Assembly (NCBI GenBank): GCA_965248925.1
Contig: CBDFLE010000006.1
Location: forward strand, 2,464,001-2,528,000
Direction of reading: 5' to 3'
DNA from: Candidatus Multivoradales bacterium
Lineage (GTDB): Bacteria > Acidobacteriota > Thermoanaerobaculia > Multivoradales > J023
Length of the DNA: 64,000 bases
A program made the translations under genes and the position numbers. The notes under the pieces are model-generated. The model saw only the letters and a program-made list of their open reading frames with translations. It made no database searches and was not told where the DNA came from. Positions 19,572-29,985 of this stretch are shown in pieces. Within the stretch, counting starts at the first letter, position 1. The number at the start of each line of letters is the position of its first letter.

Positions 19572-20755
19572 GCCGAGAGCCGCTCCACGATGACCGCGGT
19601 GGCCTCGCCGCCACCGAGACAAATTGCCGCCAAGCCGCGACGCACACCGCGTTCCTGCATGGCATGTAAGAGGGTCACTACAATGCGCGCGCCGGAGGCG
19701 CCGATCGGATGCCCCAGAGCTACCGCCCCGCCCCGCACATTGAGCCTCTCTTCGGCAATGCCCAGATCCTTCATGCAGGCCAGGGCAACCACCGAGAAAG
19801 CCTCGTTGATCTCGAACAAATCAATCTCGTCAATCTGCAAACCAGCGCGTTCCAACACCCGCTGGGCAGCACCCACCGGCGCGGTGGTAAACCACTCCGG
19901 CTGCTGCGCGAAGGTGGCCTGAGCGACTAGCCGAGCCAACGGCCGACATCCCAGTTCGGCGGCTCGCTCCGCAGTGCTCAGCACCAGCGCGGCGGCGCCG
20001 TCGTTGATGGTGCTGGCATTGGCGGCGGTCACCGTCCCGCCATCGCGCTTGAATGCCGGCCGCAAGCGGGCCATCTTCTCGAAGTTCGCCCGCGAGGGCT
20101 CCTCGTCGGCCTCGACGATCCGTAGATCACCGCGGCGCTGCGGCACCTCGACAGGCACGATCTCCTGCGCTGTCAGACCCGCTTCCATCGCCGCTTGTGC
20201 CCGCTCGTAGCTGCGCTGGGCGAAAGCGTCCTGCGACTCACGGCCGAAACCGTATTCGGCGGCACAGATCTCGGCGCAGTTGCCCATGTGGAAGTCGTTC
20301 TTGGCATCCCACAAGCCGTCGTGAACCAGTGAGTCGAGCAACTGGCTGTGGCCGAGTCGCAGACCGCTGCGGGCCTTGGGCAGTAGGTAGGGTGCATTTG
20401 ACATGCTCTCCATGCCACCGGCGGCGACCAGGCCGAAGTCGCCACAGCGGAGATCGTTGGCGGCGCCCATTAGCGCCCACATGCCGGAGCCGCAAACCTT
20501 GTTCAGGGTAATGGCACCGGTAGCAGGCGGGCAGCCGGCGCCGAGAGCCGCCTGGCGAGCCGGTGCTTGGCCAACGCCGGCCGGCAGGACGCAGCCCATG
20601 TAGACCTGATCGACCTGTCCGGGATCCACACCAGCCCGTTCGACGGCCCCGCGCAGCGCTACACTGCCTAACTCGGGGCCGGTTTGACTGGCCAATGCAC
20701 CCTGAAAAGCACCGATCGGAGTCCGAGCGGCACTCAAGATGACGACGTCCTGCAT
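19568..20755 (-). CDS. Acetyl-CoA C-acetyltransferase (thiolase)
   Basis: NKVCGSG, NEAF, GHPIGASG, CLGGG. Confidence 0.95.
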   Translation of the reverse strand: MQDVVILSAARTPIGAFQGALASQTGPELGSVALRGAVERAGVDPGQVDQVYMGCVLPAGVGQAPARQAALGAGCPPATGAITLNKVCGSGMWALMGAANDLRCGDFGLVAAGGMESMSNAPYLLPKARSGLRLGHSQLLDSLVHDGLWDAKNDFHMGNCAEICAAEYGFGRESQDAFAQRSYERAQAAMEAGLTAQEIVPVEVPQRRGDLRIVEADEEPSRANFEKMARLRPAFKRDGGTVTAANASTINDGAAALVLSTAERAAELGCRPLARLVAQATFAQQPEWFTTAPVGAAQRVLERAGLQIDEIDLFEINEAFSVVALACMKDLGIAEERLNVRGGAVALGHPIGASGARIVVTLLHAMQERGVRRGLAAICLGGGEATAVIVERLSA

Positions 20756-20944
20756 AAAATGTCTCCCGAGGGCCTATCGCTTCCTTCACGTCCTGGATGG
20801 CTGGAGCGGGTCGTTCGATCAGAGCATGGCGGCGGGGCTGGGGCCGACGGGCCGGCGCCCTTAATAGACCGGTGAATTGCTTTACCGCGAGTGCCGATGT
20901 TAACACAGCAGAAAGCCGCTCGCAGCGGCCAGACAAGGAGCTTC

Positions 20945-21424
20945 ATGCGGGTACTAGGGATAGATTTTGGCGAGCGCCGCATTGGTTTGGCGATCTCTGA
21001 GGAGAGTGGCGGCTGGGCTCTGCCACTGGACGCTATCGAACGCACCACCGACCGTCGCGCTATCTATCAACTGGCGGCGCTGGCCCGCTCGCGGGAAGTC
21101 GGCATGGTGGTGCTCGGCGAGCCCCGTCTGCTGGACGGTCAGCCCAGCGCCAACGCGGCGCGCATCCGACGCTTTGGCGAGCGCTTGGGCAAGGTCTGCG
21201 GCTTGCCAATTCGCCGGATCGAAGAGACCCTGACCACCGTCGAAGCCGGCGAGCGACTGCGTCAGGCCGGCTTGACGTTGCGCGGCCAGCGCCAGCGCCG
21301 TGACTCGCTGGCCGCCCAGATCCTGCTCCAGGAGTTCCTCGACCAGGCCGGACCAACCAGCGCCGATGAGGCAACTGCCAACGATCCGACCGGTCGCGAC
21401 ACGGCCGATGGCGATTTTGCATAG
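20945..21424 (+). CDS. ruvX: YqgF/RuvX pre-16S rRNA nuclease
   Basis: LGIDFGERRIGLA, EETLTT, DSLAAQILLQ. Confidence 0.9.
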   Translation: MRVLGIDFGERRIGLAISEESGGWALPLDAIERTTDRRAIYQLAALARSREVGMVVLGEPRLLDGQPSANAARIRRFGERLGKVCGLPIRRIEETLTTVEAGERLRQAGLTLRGQRQRRDSLAAQILLQEFLDQAGPTSADEATANDPTGRDTADGDFA

Positions 21425-21433
21425 GATGGTCCG

Positions 21434-22477
21434 ATGAACCGCTGGATTCTCCGCCTGCTACTCTTGCTGCTGGTCGCCACCGCGGCCGTCGCCGGTGCTG
21501 GCATCTGGGCTTGGCGCCACATCCACCAGCCCTTTGGCACTGGCCAGCGCACGGTCGCAGTGGCCCCAGGCACCGGTGCTAGCAGAATCCTCAAGCAACT
21601 CGAACAAGAGGCGGTGATCGTCGATGCTCGGCTGGCACGAGCCTACTTGGTCTACCACCTGGGCGACCCGCCTTTGCGCGCCGGCGAGTACCTCTTCGAT
21701 GGCGAAATATCCACCCCTCAGGCACTCGCCAAGCTGATCCGCGGCGAAGTGGTGACCTACCCCCTGGTGCTGATCGAAGGACTGACCCGGCGGGAGATCG
21801 CCAGTTCGGTGGCGGCGCAAGGTTTCGGTGATGTCGATGTGCTGTTGCGCGAGACTGAGCGCAGCAGTTTGATCGCCGATCTGGATCCACTGGCCAGCGA
21901 TCTGGAAGGTTATCTGTATCCCGACACCTACCACTTCGCCCGCGGCACCGCCGAGGGGGAGATCATTGCCACTCTGGTGCGCACCTTCCGTCTTCGTTTC
22001 GAACAGCAGGTGGCGCCGCTGCTGACGCAACGCCCGGACCCGCCATCGATTCGCGAGCTGGTCAGTCTGGCAGCGATCATCGAGAAGGAAGCGCAGTTGG
22101 AGGAAGAGCGGCCGCTGATCGCCGCGGTCTACACCAACCGTCTGCGCCGCGGCATTGCCCTCTACGCCGACCCAACAGTGATTTTCGCCCTCAAGCAACT
22201 CGGTCGGTGGGACGGCAATATTCGCCGCCGTGACTTGCAGCTCGACTCGCCCTACAACACCTATCTTTATCCTGGATTGCCGCCGGGGCCGATCTGCTCG
22301 CCGCGCGCCGCCAGCCTGGCCGCGGCAGCAGCGCCTGCGAATCAGCCATTCTTGTATTTCGTCAGCCGTAACGACGGCAGCCACGTATTTGCCAACACCC
22401 TCGCCGAACACAACCGCAACGTCGAGCAGTGGCAGCGGCGCTACTGGCGGCGTAAATGGGCTGAGAAGAAGCGTTAG
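21434..22477 (+). CDS. mltG: Endolytic transglycosylase MltG (YceG)
   Basis: LEGYLYPDTY, AAIIEKEA, DSPYNTY..GLPPGPI. Confidence 0.95.
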   Translation: MNRWILRLLLLLLVATAAVAGAGIWAWRHIHQPFGTGQRTVAVAPGTGASRILKQLEQEAVIVDARLARAYLVYHLGDPPLRAGEYLFDGEISTPQALAKLIRGEVVTYPLVLIEGLTRREIASSVAAQGFGDVDVLLRETERSSLIADLDPLASDLEGYLYPDTYHFARGTAEGEIIATLVRTFRLRFEQQVAPLLTQRPDPPSIRELVSLAAIIEKEAQLEEERPLIAAVYTNRLRRGIALYADPTVIFALKQLGRWDGNIRRRDLQLDSPYNTYLYPGLPPGPICSPRAASLAAAAAPANQPFLYFVSRNDGSHVFANTLAEHNRNVEQWQRRYWRRKWAEKKR

Positions 22478-22674
22478 AAACAGCTCCCTGGCGAGATCCA
22501 AGCGCTGGACATCCTCCGCCAGGCTGATTGGCTGGCGAATCTTGCTGGATTATCCACAGCGGTCGGAGTAGGATAAGCCTCTATATCTCTTATGAGTTAT
22601 CGCTAATTACCTATGCCATCAGGGGACCCGGAAACGTCGTTTCCCCGCGCCACGCTTTGTTTTCTGGAGCCGTG

Positions 22675-24795
22675 ATGAATACTCGCGAACAGTTCGGCAA
22701 GTACCTCCTCTTGAAGAAGCTGACCGAAGACTCGCTGGGCGAGTCTTTTCGCGCCGGCATGCTCGGCAACCAGGGGATGGAGCGAGTGGTCTTGCTACGC
22801 GTCTTCAACGGCCAGCCGATCAGCGGTGAACGGCTGTGGGAAGCAGTCGCGGATAGAGCCGGAGTGCAGCAAGTGCTGCGCAGCCCCAACATCGGTGAGG
22901 GGGTCGAACTCGGCAAAGTCCAGGGCATCCCTTACGCCGCCTACGATTACGTCTCCGGCAAGAACCTGGCCAACTTGCTGCAACAGGCCGCCAAGCGGCA
23001 GAGTTTCATCCCTACCGAGCACGCCATATTGATCACCGAGCGCATCGCTCTAGCCCTCGCCCTGGCGGGCGAAAGCCGCTTTCAAGGCGCACGGGTCCTG
23101 CATGGCTTCTTGGTGCCGCAGCTGGTGATGATCTCCAACGAAGGAGAGACCCGGCTGGTGGGCTTTGAAGTTGCTCCCGGTCTGCGCGGTTTCTCCGCCA
23201 ACCCGGTAATTCGCCAGCACTTTGGTCGCTACCTCTCGCCCGAAGCAATGGCCGGCGCGGCGACCGAAGCCTCGGACGACATCTATTCGCTCGGGGTACT
23301 GCTCTACGAGCTGCTGACCGGAGCACCACTGCCAGCACCGGCGGAAGACGGCTACAGCTCGATCATCGAACAAGCCAAACTAGCGACCGAGGGCACCCCT
23401 TTTCCGGCAGAACTCAAGGAGCTGCTCAGCCGCAGCCTGGTCACCCGCGATAACCGGCTGCAGGATGTTGTCGCCTGGCACAAGAGCCTCAACCGGTGGA
23501 TGTTCGAGGGGCAGTACAACCCGACCACCTTCAACCTGGCTTTCTTCATGCACAACCTGTTCCGTCAGGAGATTGAGCGCGAGAGCCAGGAGATCGAGGT
23601 CGAGAAGACCCTCCCCCTTCCTGTGGTGCAGGCCGGTAAGGTGCAAACCGGCACCCTGGAGATTCCCACCAACACCGAGTTGGCCGCGACTTCTGAGCAC
23701 ACCTCAGGAGCCATTCCGCTGCCTGCCGTGGCAGCAGCGGAGGCTGAAGGGCAACTCACCAGCGGCTCGACTCCAACGGTGGCCGCGGACGAGGGCAAGA
23801 AGTCGAAGACCGGATTATGGCTGCTGCTGGCGGCGTTGCTATTGGCCGCGCTGGCCGCCGGGTACTTTTTCTTCCCCCGACCCGGTCAAGACAACGAACC
23901 AGCCGCCTCGACCGCCACCCCTTTGGCGATGCAGCTGCCGGCGGAGGAATCACCCTCAGAGCTGGCCGATGGCGAAATGGTCGATGGCGAAATGGGTGAT
24001 GACGGGCTGGGCGATGGCGGATTGGCCACCGGCGAGCTGGCCGACGGCGAGAGTGCCACGGATGCTATTGCGGCCGCGGCGGCGCCAGCCGATGTGCAAG
24101 CACAAATCGACGCCATGATCGAGCAGAAAGCCACCGCCATGGAGGCACAGCTGCGCAAGAAATTCGATCAAGAACTCGCCAAGCTGCAATCAGAACTCGA
24201 AACCGCCAAGCAGGCCACCGCCAAGCGTGAAGAAGAACTCCTCGCCCAGCAGCTAGCCGAACAGCAAGAGCAGGAGGCGGCCCAGGAAGCGGAACGTCTA
24301 GCCCAGGAGGAAGCGGCGAAGCAAACCACGGCTGCTGTGGAGCAAGCCGCCGCATCCCCCACCGACCCCGCCAGCGGACCGGCCAGTGGCCCGGACGCCA
24401 CCCAGACCGCGGCAGCCTCTACACAACCAGCAGCGCAGGGTGCCACCTCTGCTCCGCCACCCAAGACCAACGTCGAAACCGTTCGTCCGAAAGTACGTCG
24501 TGGCGACTTGGTGAAAATGGGCAAAGGAGTCGTAGAACCCAAAGTGCTCCGTCGCGCCAGCCCGCGTTTCCCCGAGGTGGCTCGCCGCATGGGCAAGCCG
24601 GGCGGCACCGTCAAAGTGCGGGTACTGATCGACGAAAACGGCAAGGTGCTGCGAACGGAGCTGCTCAACAAGCTTGGCTTCGGCTTCGATGGCGAGGCCT
24701 TGAACGCCGCTAAACGAGCCACCTGGGCTCCGGCCACTAAATACGGCGTACCGGTGAAGATGTGGAAGGAACTGAGCGTCACCTTCCAGAAATAG
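22675..24795 (+). CDS. Ser/Thr pseudokinase - TM - coiled coil - TonB C-terminal domain fusion
   Basis: Kinase fold (YLSPE, DIYSLGVLLYELLTG) with degenerate catalytic motifs; TM WLLLAALLLAALAAGYFFF; TonB-C PEVARR..GTVKVRVLIDENGKV..PATKYGVPV. Confidence 0.8.
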   Translation: MNTREQFGKYLLLKKLTEDSLGESFRAGMLGNQGMERVVLLRVFNGQPISGERLWEAVADRAGVQQVLRSPNIGEGVELGKVQGIPYAAYDYVSGKNLANLLQQAAKRQSFIPTEHAILITERIALALALAGESRFQGARVLHGFLVPQLVMISNEGETRLVGFEVAPGLRGFSANPVIRQHFGRYLSPEAMAGAATEASDDIYSLGVLLYELLTGAPLPAPAEDGYSSIIEQAKLATEGTPFPAELKELLSRSLVTRDNRLQDVVAWHKSLNRWMFEGQYNPTTFNLAFFMHNLFRQEIERESQEIEVEKTLPLPVVQAGKVQTGTLEIPTNTELAATSEHTSGAIPLPAVAAAEAEGQLTSGSTPTVAADEGKKSKTGLWLLLAALLLAALAAGYFFFPRPGQDNEPAASTATPLAMQLPAEESPSELADGEMVDGEMGDDGLGDGGLATGELADGESATDAIAAAAAPADVQAQIDAMIEQKATAMEAQLRKKFDQELAKLQSELETAKQATAKREEELLAQQLAEQQEQEAAQEAERLAQEEAAKQTTAAVEQAAASPTDPASGPASGPDATQTAAASTQPAAQGATSAPPPKTNVETVRPKVRRGDLVKMGKGVVEPKVLRRASPRFPEVARRMGKPGGTVKVRVLIDENGKVLRTELLNKLGFGFDGEALNAAKRATWAPATKYGVPVKMWKELSVTFQK

Positions 24796-24801
24796 TCCTG
24801 G

Positions 24802-24845
24802 CAGAACGAAAGCGGCCGACTTCAGAGCCGGCCGCTTTCGTTCTG
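24802..24845. terminator. Bidirectional intrinsic terminator
   Basis: CAGAACGAAAGCGGCCG / CGGCCGCTTTCGTTCTG inverted repeat between convergent genes. Confidence 0.8.
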
Positions 24846-24882
24846 GACTCTCTCCAGATAGGCTCCAGGAGCCTGCTCAAGC

Positions 24883-25506
24883 CTAGAGATCGGCTGCCTT
24901 GAGGCTCGCCATCAACTCGCTGATCATCGGCTTGAGGACTTTGTCGAACATCTTGTTGTCGTCGACGCCACCACCAATCCCACTGACGAAGACCTTAGAG
25001 GTTTTCTCCATCTTGCGCGACTCGTCGGCCCATAGGATCTCGCCGGTCTCGGTATCGATGATGCGGGCGTTCATGGCGGCGGTGAAGGTTTTTTTCTTGA
25101 CTGAGAACGACGGCAAGCCGCGGATCGACCTGGCGCGGGCACCAGAAGTCGAGGTGCCGTATTCGGTCAACGCGCCGGTCAGGAAATACTGCACACCCAA
25201 CAATCGGCCGGCTTTGACGGCGGTGGCTGTGCTGACATCGCCGGATAGCGACAAATTCTTTTCGCGCATCAGATCAGCGAGACGTTCACGATCGATGACC
25301 CGGAACTTACCGCTCTTGACCAACTCGGTGACGAAGACATCTTGTGCCGCCGCGCCACCGCGCGAGTGCCACCAGCTGTAGTCGGCCTTATTCTCGAACT
25401 GTAGTACCGCGATACGAGGCTTCTCGCTCGCGCCACCGACCGCGGGTGCCAGGGCTACCGTCGCGACCAAGATCGCGAGCATCACTAAACCTGTTTTCTT
25501 CATCAT
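24883..25506 (-). CDS. CsgG/HfaB-family exported protein
   Basis: Signal peptide, KPRIAVLQFENK, FRVIDRERL..LMRE, ARIIDTETGEILW; GGAGG RBS. Confidence 0.85.
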   Translation of the reverse strand: MMKKTGLVMLAILVATVALAPAVGGASEKPRIAVLQFENKADYSWWHSRGGAAAQDVFVTELVKSGKFRVIDRERLADLMREKNLSLSGDVSTATAVKAGRLLGVQYFLTGALTEYGTSTSGARARSIRGLPSFSVKKKTFTAAMNARIIDTETGEILWADESRKMEKTSKVFVSGIGGGVDDNKMFDKVLKPMISELMASLKAADL

Positions 25507-25760
25507 TGCTACCTCCTTCGGGCACGCTCTCATCACCCTTCAAACCAGACCAAACGTGCCTTGCGTGGTGTTGGACTCTCGACAAATTGCGCGGAGGATT
25601 TGACTAAAACTCCCCGTGGCTGAGCGTGAACCCATCCGCACCTCAAATCTGGTACCGACCTTCGGTACCACGGCGACAGGCCGCCGCTTGAATCGCTAGG
25701 ATCTGTCAGCTCTTGGCTGAACATTCACCATTGTAGCGCGATTTCAGCCGCTGGCCGCCG

Positions 25761-28052
25761 CTACTCCTCTTCCATGGCACGCGGGGCATCGGCCCGCTCC
25801 TGCGCATCGACCACACAGATCGCCGCCATGTTGACGATGTCGGTGACTTCGACCCCGCGCTGCAGCACATGCACCGGCTTGTCCATACCGAGCAAAATCG
25901 GCCCGATGGCCTCGACATCGGCCAGCCGCCAGAGCAGCTTGTAGGCGATGTTCGCCGACTGTAGCTCGGGGAAGATCAACACGTTGGCAGGCTCTTTCAA
26001 TCGACTCCAAGGGTAGTTTTCATCGAGAATCGAGCCCAACACCGCCGTGTCTGCCTGCATTTCGCCGTCGATCGTCAGCTGGGGATCACGCGCCGAGGCC
26101 AGCTCTACAGCCCGGCGCACCCGGGCCGCGGCGGGATGGGCGTTGGAGCCGAAATTCGAGAACGACAGCATGGCAACCCGCGGCTCAATGCCGAATCGCC
26201 GGGCGAAGCGGGCGGTCAACAGGGCGATTTCGGCCAGCTCCTCGGCCGTCGGCTCGATGTTGACCGTGGTGTCGGCGAGAAAGAGCAGACGCTCGCGGAA
26301 AACCAGAATGTAAGCACCGGAAACCCGCTCCACTCCTGGCTCGGTGCCGATCACCTGCAACGCTGGCCGGATGGTCTGGTTGTAGTACTGGGTCAAGCCT
26401 GAGATCAGACCGTCAGCATCGCCCTGCTCGACCATCATCGAGCCGAAGAAGTTGCGCGACAGCATCTCCTGGTGGGCATCTTCCTGGGTGACCCCACGGC
26501 GGCGGCGAGCGCGAAAGTACGCTGCGGCATAGCGCTCGTGCATGTCGCCCGGCGGGTCAGCAACATGGATCACCGTTAGCTTTTCGATCGGCAGGTCGAG
26601 TTGCTCCAGGATGGGCTCGATTTTCTCGCGCCGCGCCAGCAACACTGGATGGGCGATACCGCGGTCGACCAAAATCTTCGCCGCGCGCAGGATCTTGTCG
26701 TGTTCGCCCTCGGGAAACACCACCCGCTTGGGATCGCGACGCGCCTGGTCGATGACTCCATGCATCAATTCCAGACGGCGTGAGATCAACCGCTCCAAGC
26801 GCCGCCGATAGTCGCGGAAGTCGGTAATCGGCAGCTGCGCCACCCCACTGTCCATGGCCGCCTTGGCCACCGCAGGTGCCACCCGCAGCAGCACCCGATG
26901 GTCGAAGGGTTTGGGGATCAGGTACTCTGTGCCGAAGGATAGGCTGGCCAAATCGTAGGCTTTGAGCACCGCGTCCGGCACATCTTCGCGCGCCAGCCCG
27001 GCCAGAGCGTGCACGGCGGCCATTTTCATCTCCTCGTTGATGTCGGTGGCACGGACGTCTAGGGCTCCACGAAAAATGAACGGAAAACCGAGCACATTGT
27101 TGACCTGATTGGGAAAGTCGCTACGCCCGGTGGCCACGATGACGTCGGGCCGCGCCGCCTTCGCCGCCTCGTAGCCGATCTCTGGATCCGGATTGGCCAT
27201 GGCAAAGACGATCGGCTTCTGCGCCATCGGCAGCAGCATCTCGGGCTTGACCACTCCACCGATCGACAAACCGATGAAAACATCGGCACCCACCAATGCT
27301 GCCGCCAGGGAACGGGCCTCGGTCTCCGCAGCGTATTTTGCTTTTAGTGGATTCATACCGGCCTCGCGACCGACGTAGACCGGCCCCTTGCTGTCGCAGA
27401 GCACGATATTGCTCTGCTCGACCCCCAGCTGTACGTAGAGCTTCATGCAGGCGATCGCCGCCGCGCCAGCGCCGGAGATCACCAGCCGTACCGCTTGCGG
27501 CTGCTTGCCGGCAATCTCCAAGGCGTTGACCAGCGCCGCCGCTGAGATGATCGCCGTGCCATGCTGATCGTCGTGAAAAACTGGGATCGACAACTCTTCC
27601 TTGAGCCGCGCCTCGACCTCGAAGCACTCTGGCGAACGAATGTCTTCAAGGTTGATGCCGCCAAAGGTAGGTTCGAGCAACTTGACCGTGCGCACCAACT
27701 CATCCACGTCCTCAGTGGCGACCTCGAGGTCGAAGACATCGATGTCGGCAAAGCGTTTGAACAGCACCGCCTTGCCTTCCATCACCGGCTTGCCGGCCAA
27801 AGCACCGATATTGCCCAGGCCGAGCACCGCGGTACCGTTCGAGATCACCGCCACCAAGTTGCCCTTGGCGGTGTAGTCGTAAGCCAGCAGCGGATCGTGA
27901 TGGATTTCGCGGCAGGGCGCGGCCACCCCGGGAGTGTAGGCTAGCGACAGATCGTCCTGGGTCAAGGTAGGCTTGGTCGGTACGACCTGTATCTTTCCCC
28001 GGCGCTCGCGCGAGTGGTATAGCAGCGCTTCATGATCGTAGTTTTTCGTCAT
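25761..28052 (-). CDS. maeB: NADP-dependent malic enzyme with phosphotransacetylase-like domain
   Basis: [40 protein letters not shown]-terminal PTA domain (DGEMQAD). Confidence 0.95.
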   Translation of the reverse strand: MTKNYDHEALLYHSRERRGKIQVVPTKPTLTQDDLSLAYTPGVAAPCREIHHDPLLAYDYTAKGNLVAVISNGTAVLGLGNIGALAGKPVMEGKAVLFKRFADIDVFDLEVATEDVDELVRTVKLLEPTFGGINLEDIRSPECFEVEARLKEELSIPVFHDDQHGTAIISAAALVNALEIAGKQPQAVRLVISGAGAAAIACMKLYVQLGVEQSNIVLCDSKGPVYVGREAGMNPLKAKYAAETEARSLAAALVGADVFIGLSIGGVVKPEMLLPMAQKPIVFAMANPDPEIGYEAAKAARPDVIVATGRSDFPNQVNNVLGFPFIFRGALDVRATDINEEMKMAAVHALAGLAREDVPDAVLKAYDLASLSFGTEYLIPKPFDHRVLLRVAPAVAKAAMDSGVAQLPITDFRDYRRRLERLISRRLELMHGVIDQARRDPKRVVFPEGEHDKILRAAKILVDRGIAHPVLLARREKIEPILEQLDLPIEKLTVIHVADPPGDMHERYAAAYFRARRRRGVTQEDAHQEMLSRNFFGSMMVEQGDADGLISGLTQYYNQTIRPALQVIGTEPGVERVSGAYILVFRERLLFLADTTVNIEPTAEELAEIALLTARFARRFGIEPRVAMLSFSNFGSNAHPAAARVRRAVELASARDPQLTIDGEMQADTAVLGSILDENYPWSRLKEPANVLIFPELQSANIAYKLLWRLADVEAIGPILLGMDKPVHVLQRGVEVTDIVNMAAICVVDAQERADAPRAMEEE

Positions 28053-28077
28053 CGTCGAGACAGTCTATATTGAGCCT

Positions 28078-28875
28078 ATGATCGTAGTCGCCCAGAATGG
28101 CATGTTGCGGGTCATCACCCAGAATGACCACGCCCACCTGGCGGCCGAGATGCTGACCTTGTGGCGTGCCGACCAGCTACCCGCGAACCCACGTCGGCGT
28201 GACCTGCTTCTTGCTGCCCGCGAGCATGACAACGGTTGGCGAGAAACCGACGCCGCTCCCCGCTTCGACGCTGCCACCGGGCGACCCCACGATTTCATCT
28301 CCCTACCCCAGGCCGAACGTCGAGAACTCTGGCAACGCGGCACCGAGCGCTTTGTCGACGCTGAGCCCTACGCCTCTCTCCTGATCCTGCAACATGCCCG
28401 CAACCTGCACCACAGTCTGAGTGAGCAGCAGGGCTGGCGGCCGCTCTTCGCCCGTTGGCAAGAGCTCGAAATCCAGTTGCTCGACCGCACCGGGGCCAGC
28501 CGGGAACGACTGGCCGGGGACTATCGCTGGATTGAACTCAGCGACCTCTTCTCGCTGTCACTGTGCAGATCTCGGTGCAGTTCACTGTGCGGATCACGAC
28601 GCGGATCACGACGCGGATCACGATCAGAATCGGCAGCCGCGGAACCGGGCCACCGCATCACCGAGCCACTCGCTGGCCACGGCTACCGCGGCCACCTACT
28701 AGGCAACACTCTGCACCTCGATCCTCTACCATTGGCCGGCGCCACCACCTTCAGTGTGCCCAGCCGGCTGATTGCTGATCGCCCATACCGCAGTAACATC
28801 GATGTGGCCATGGAACTGGCTACCGCCCGCTGGGGGCAAACCTCATTGCGGCTGGCTCCCTGCGACAGCGAGTAA
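28078..28875 (+). CDS. DUF3891-family protein
   Basis: ITQNDHAHLA..W, EHDNGW..D, GRPHDF, PYASLLILQH. Confidence 0.75.
   Translation: MIVVAQNGMLRVITQNDHAHLAAEMLTLWRADQLPANPRRRDLLLAAREHDNGWRETDAAPRFDAATGRPHDFISLPQAERRELWQRGTERFVDAEPYASLLILQHARNLHHSLSEQQGWRPLFARWQELEIQLLDRTGASRERLAGDYRWIELSDLFSLSLCRSRCSSLCGSRRGSRRGSRSESAAAEPGHRITEPLAGHGYRGHLLGNTLHLDPLPLAGATTFSVPSRLIADRPYRSNIDVAMELATARWGQTSLRLAPCDSE
28589..28623 (+). repeat. In-frame 12-bp tandem repeat (GCGGATCACGAC, ~3 copies)
   Basis: Directly visible; encodes GSRRGSRRGSR. Confidence 0.85.
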
Positions 28876-28991
28876 TAGGAAAAAGCCGCACTCCCCAAGC
28901 CACTCACCGTGGCGTGCGGTAATACCGTAACGTGCGGTAAGATCGATGTGCCGCACCTTGCATACTCGCGGATCGAGGAACAACAGCAACC

Positions 28992-29921
28992 ATGAGCCAA
29001 GAAACAAACTGGACCCAGAGGCGTCGAAGACTGGTCCGCTGCAAGAAACATGACCTTCATTTCGACCCCGGCATGACTTCCGGCTGCGCTCTATGCCGCA
29101 AGGAAGAGCCCCTGGCCCATCATAAGGGGCCGCAGATCTTGGTCCTGCTACTGGCCTTACTAGGCGTAGCCGTCGCCGCCTACCAGATGTTCAAGCCTCG
29201 ACCAGGGGAGCCGGGCCCGGCAAGAGCACCGAGCATTGTCGCTTTGGAACGCGGTTCACAAGTTCTCGATCCAGAGAAGTACCGTGTCCCCCTGATGGAG
29301 TTCGAATCGGTTCTGTTCAGCGCCGACAGCGCGAACTTCGACCAACTAACCCTCCGCCTCGGCGATGCGGCCAACAGCCTGAGTAGCGCTCTGCATCGTC
29401 AAGGCAACCGCCACAGTGAGAGCGTGGCCGGGCAGATCGAGTCGCTGACCGCTGATTTTGACTCCACGCCCATGAATCTGACTCGTTTGCAATCCACCCG
29501 CCAACGCTGGCGTAGCTTGCGCCAGCGGCACTTCGACTATGCCCCTTGGCTGCACAACGCCAAGACTGCCCGCCGCGACAGCGAGCAAACCCAGCTTCTG
29601 GCTTTGCGCAATACCGCCGAACAGCTTCTAGATCTGGCTTGGGAAGGAAACTCTCAAGCCACCGATGGCGACAATTGGGCGACCTGGAGCAGCGATTGGC
29701 GGCAGCGTATTGTTGACCTGCGCCAAGACATGCCCGATCGCCCTGGACCTAGTTCTGCCGCCAGCACCCTGCTCGGCTTCCAGGAACTCAGCCGCAGCAT
29801 TGCTCAGCTTCTGGCTCTTGCCGAGGACCCGGAGCTACCGAGCCGCGGCGATTTCGAGGCCCGGTTTTCCTCGGTGACGACTTCAATCCAGTCTGCTCAG
29901 CGTTCGTTCGACGGCGCTTAG
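28992..29921 (+). CDS. Hypothetical membrane-anchored protein with N-terminal CxxH..CxxC motif
   Basis: RCKKH..GCALC, then TM ILVLLLALLGVAVAAY, helical C-terminus. Confidence 0.6.
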   Translation: MSQETNWTQRRRRLVRCKKHDLHFDPGMTSGCALCRKEEPLAHHKGPQILVLLLALLGVAVAAYQMFKPRPGEPGPARAPSIVALERGSQVLDPEKYRVPLMEFESVLFSADSANFDQLTLRLGDAANSLSSALHRQGNRHSESVAGQIESLTADFDSTPMNLTRLQSTRQRWRSLRQRHFDYAPWLHNAKTARRDSEQTQLLALRNTAEQLLDLAWEGNSQATDGDNWATWSSDWRQRIVDLRQDMPDRPGPSSAASTLLGFQELSRSIAQLLALAEDPELPSRGDFEARFSSVTTSIQSAQRSFDGA

Positions 29922-29985
29922 GCGCCCTAGTTATTCTTCTCGAAGATTACCCCAACGCCTGACTGGCCTGCTCCGCGGCTGCTAG

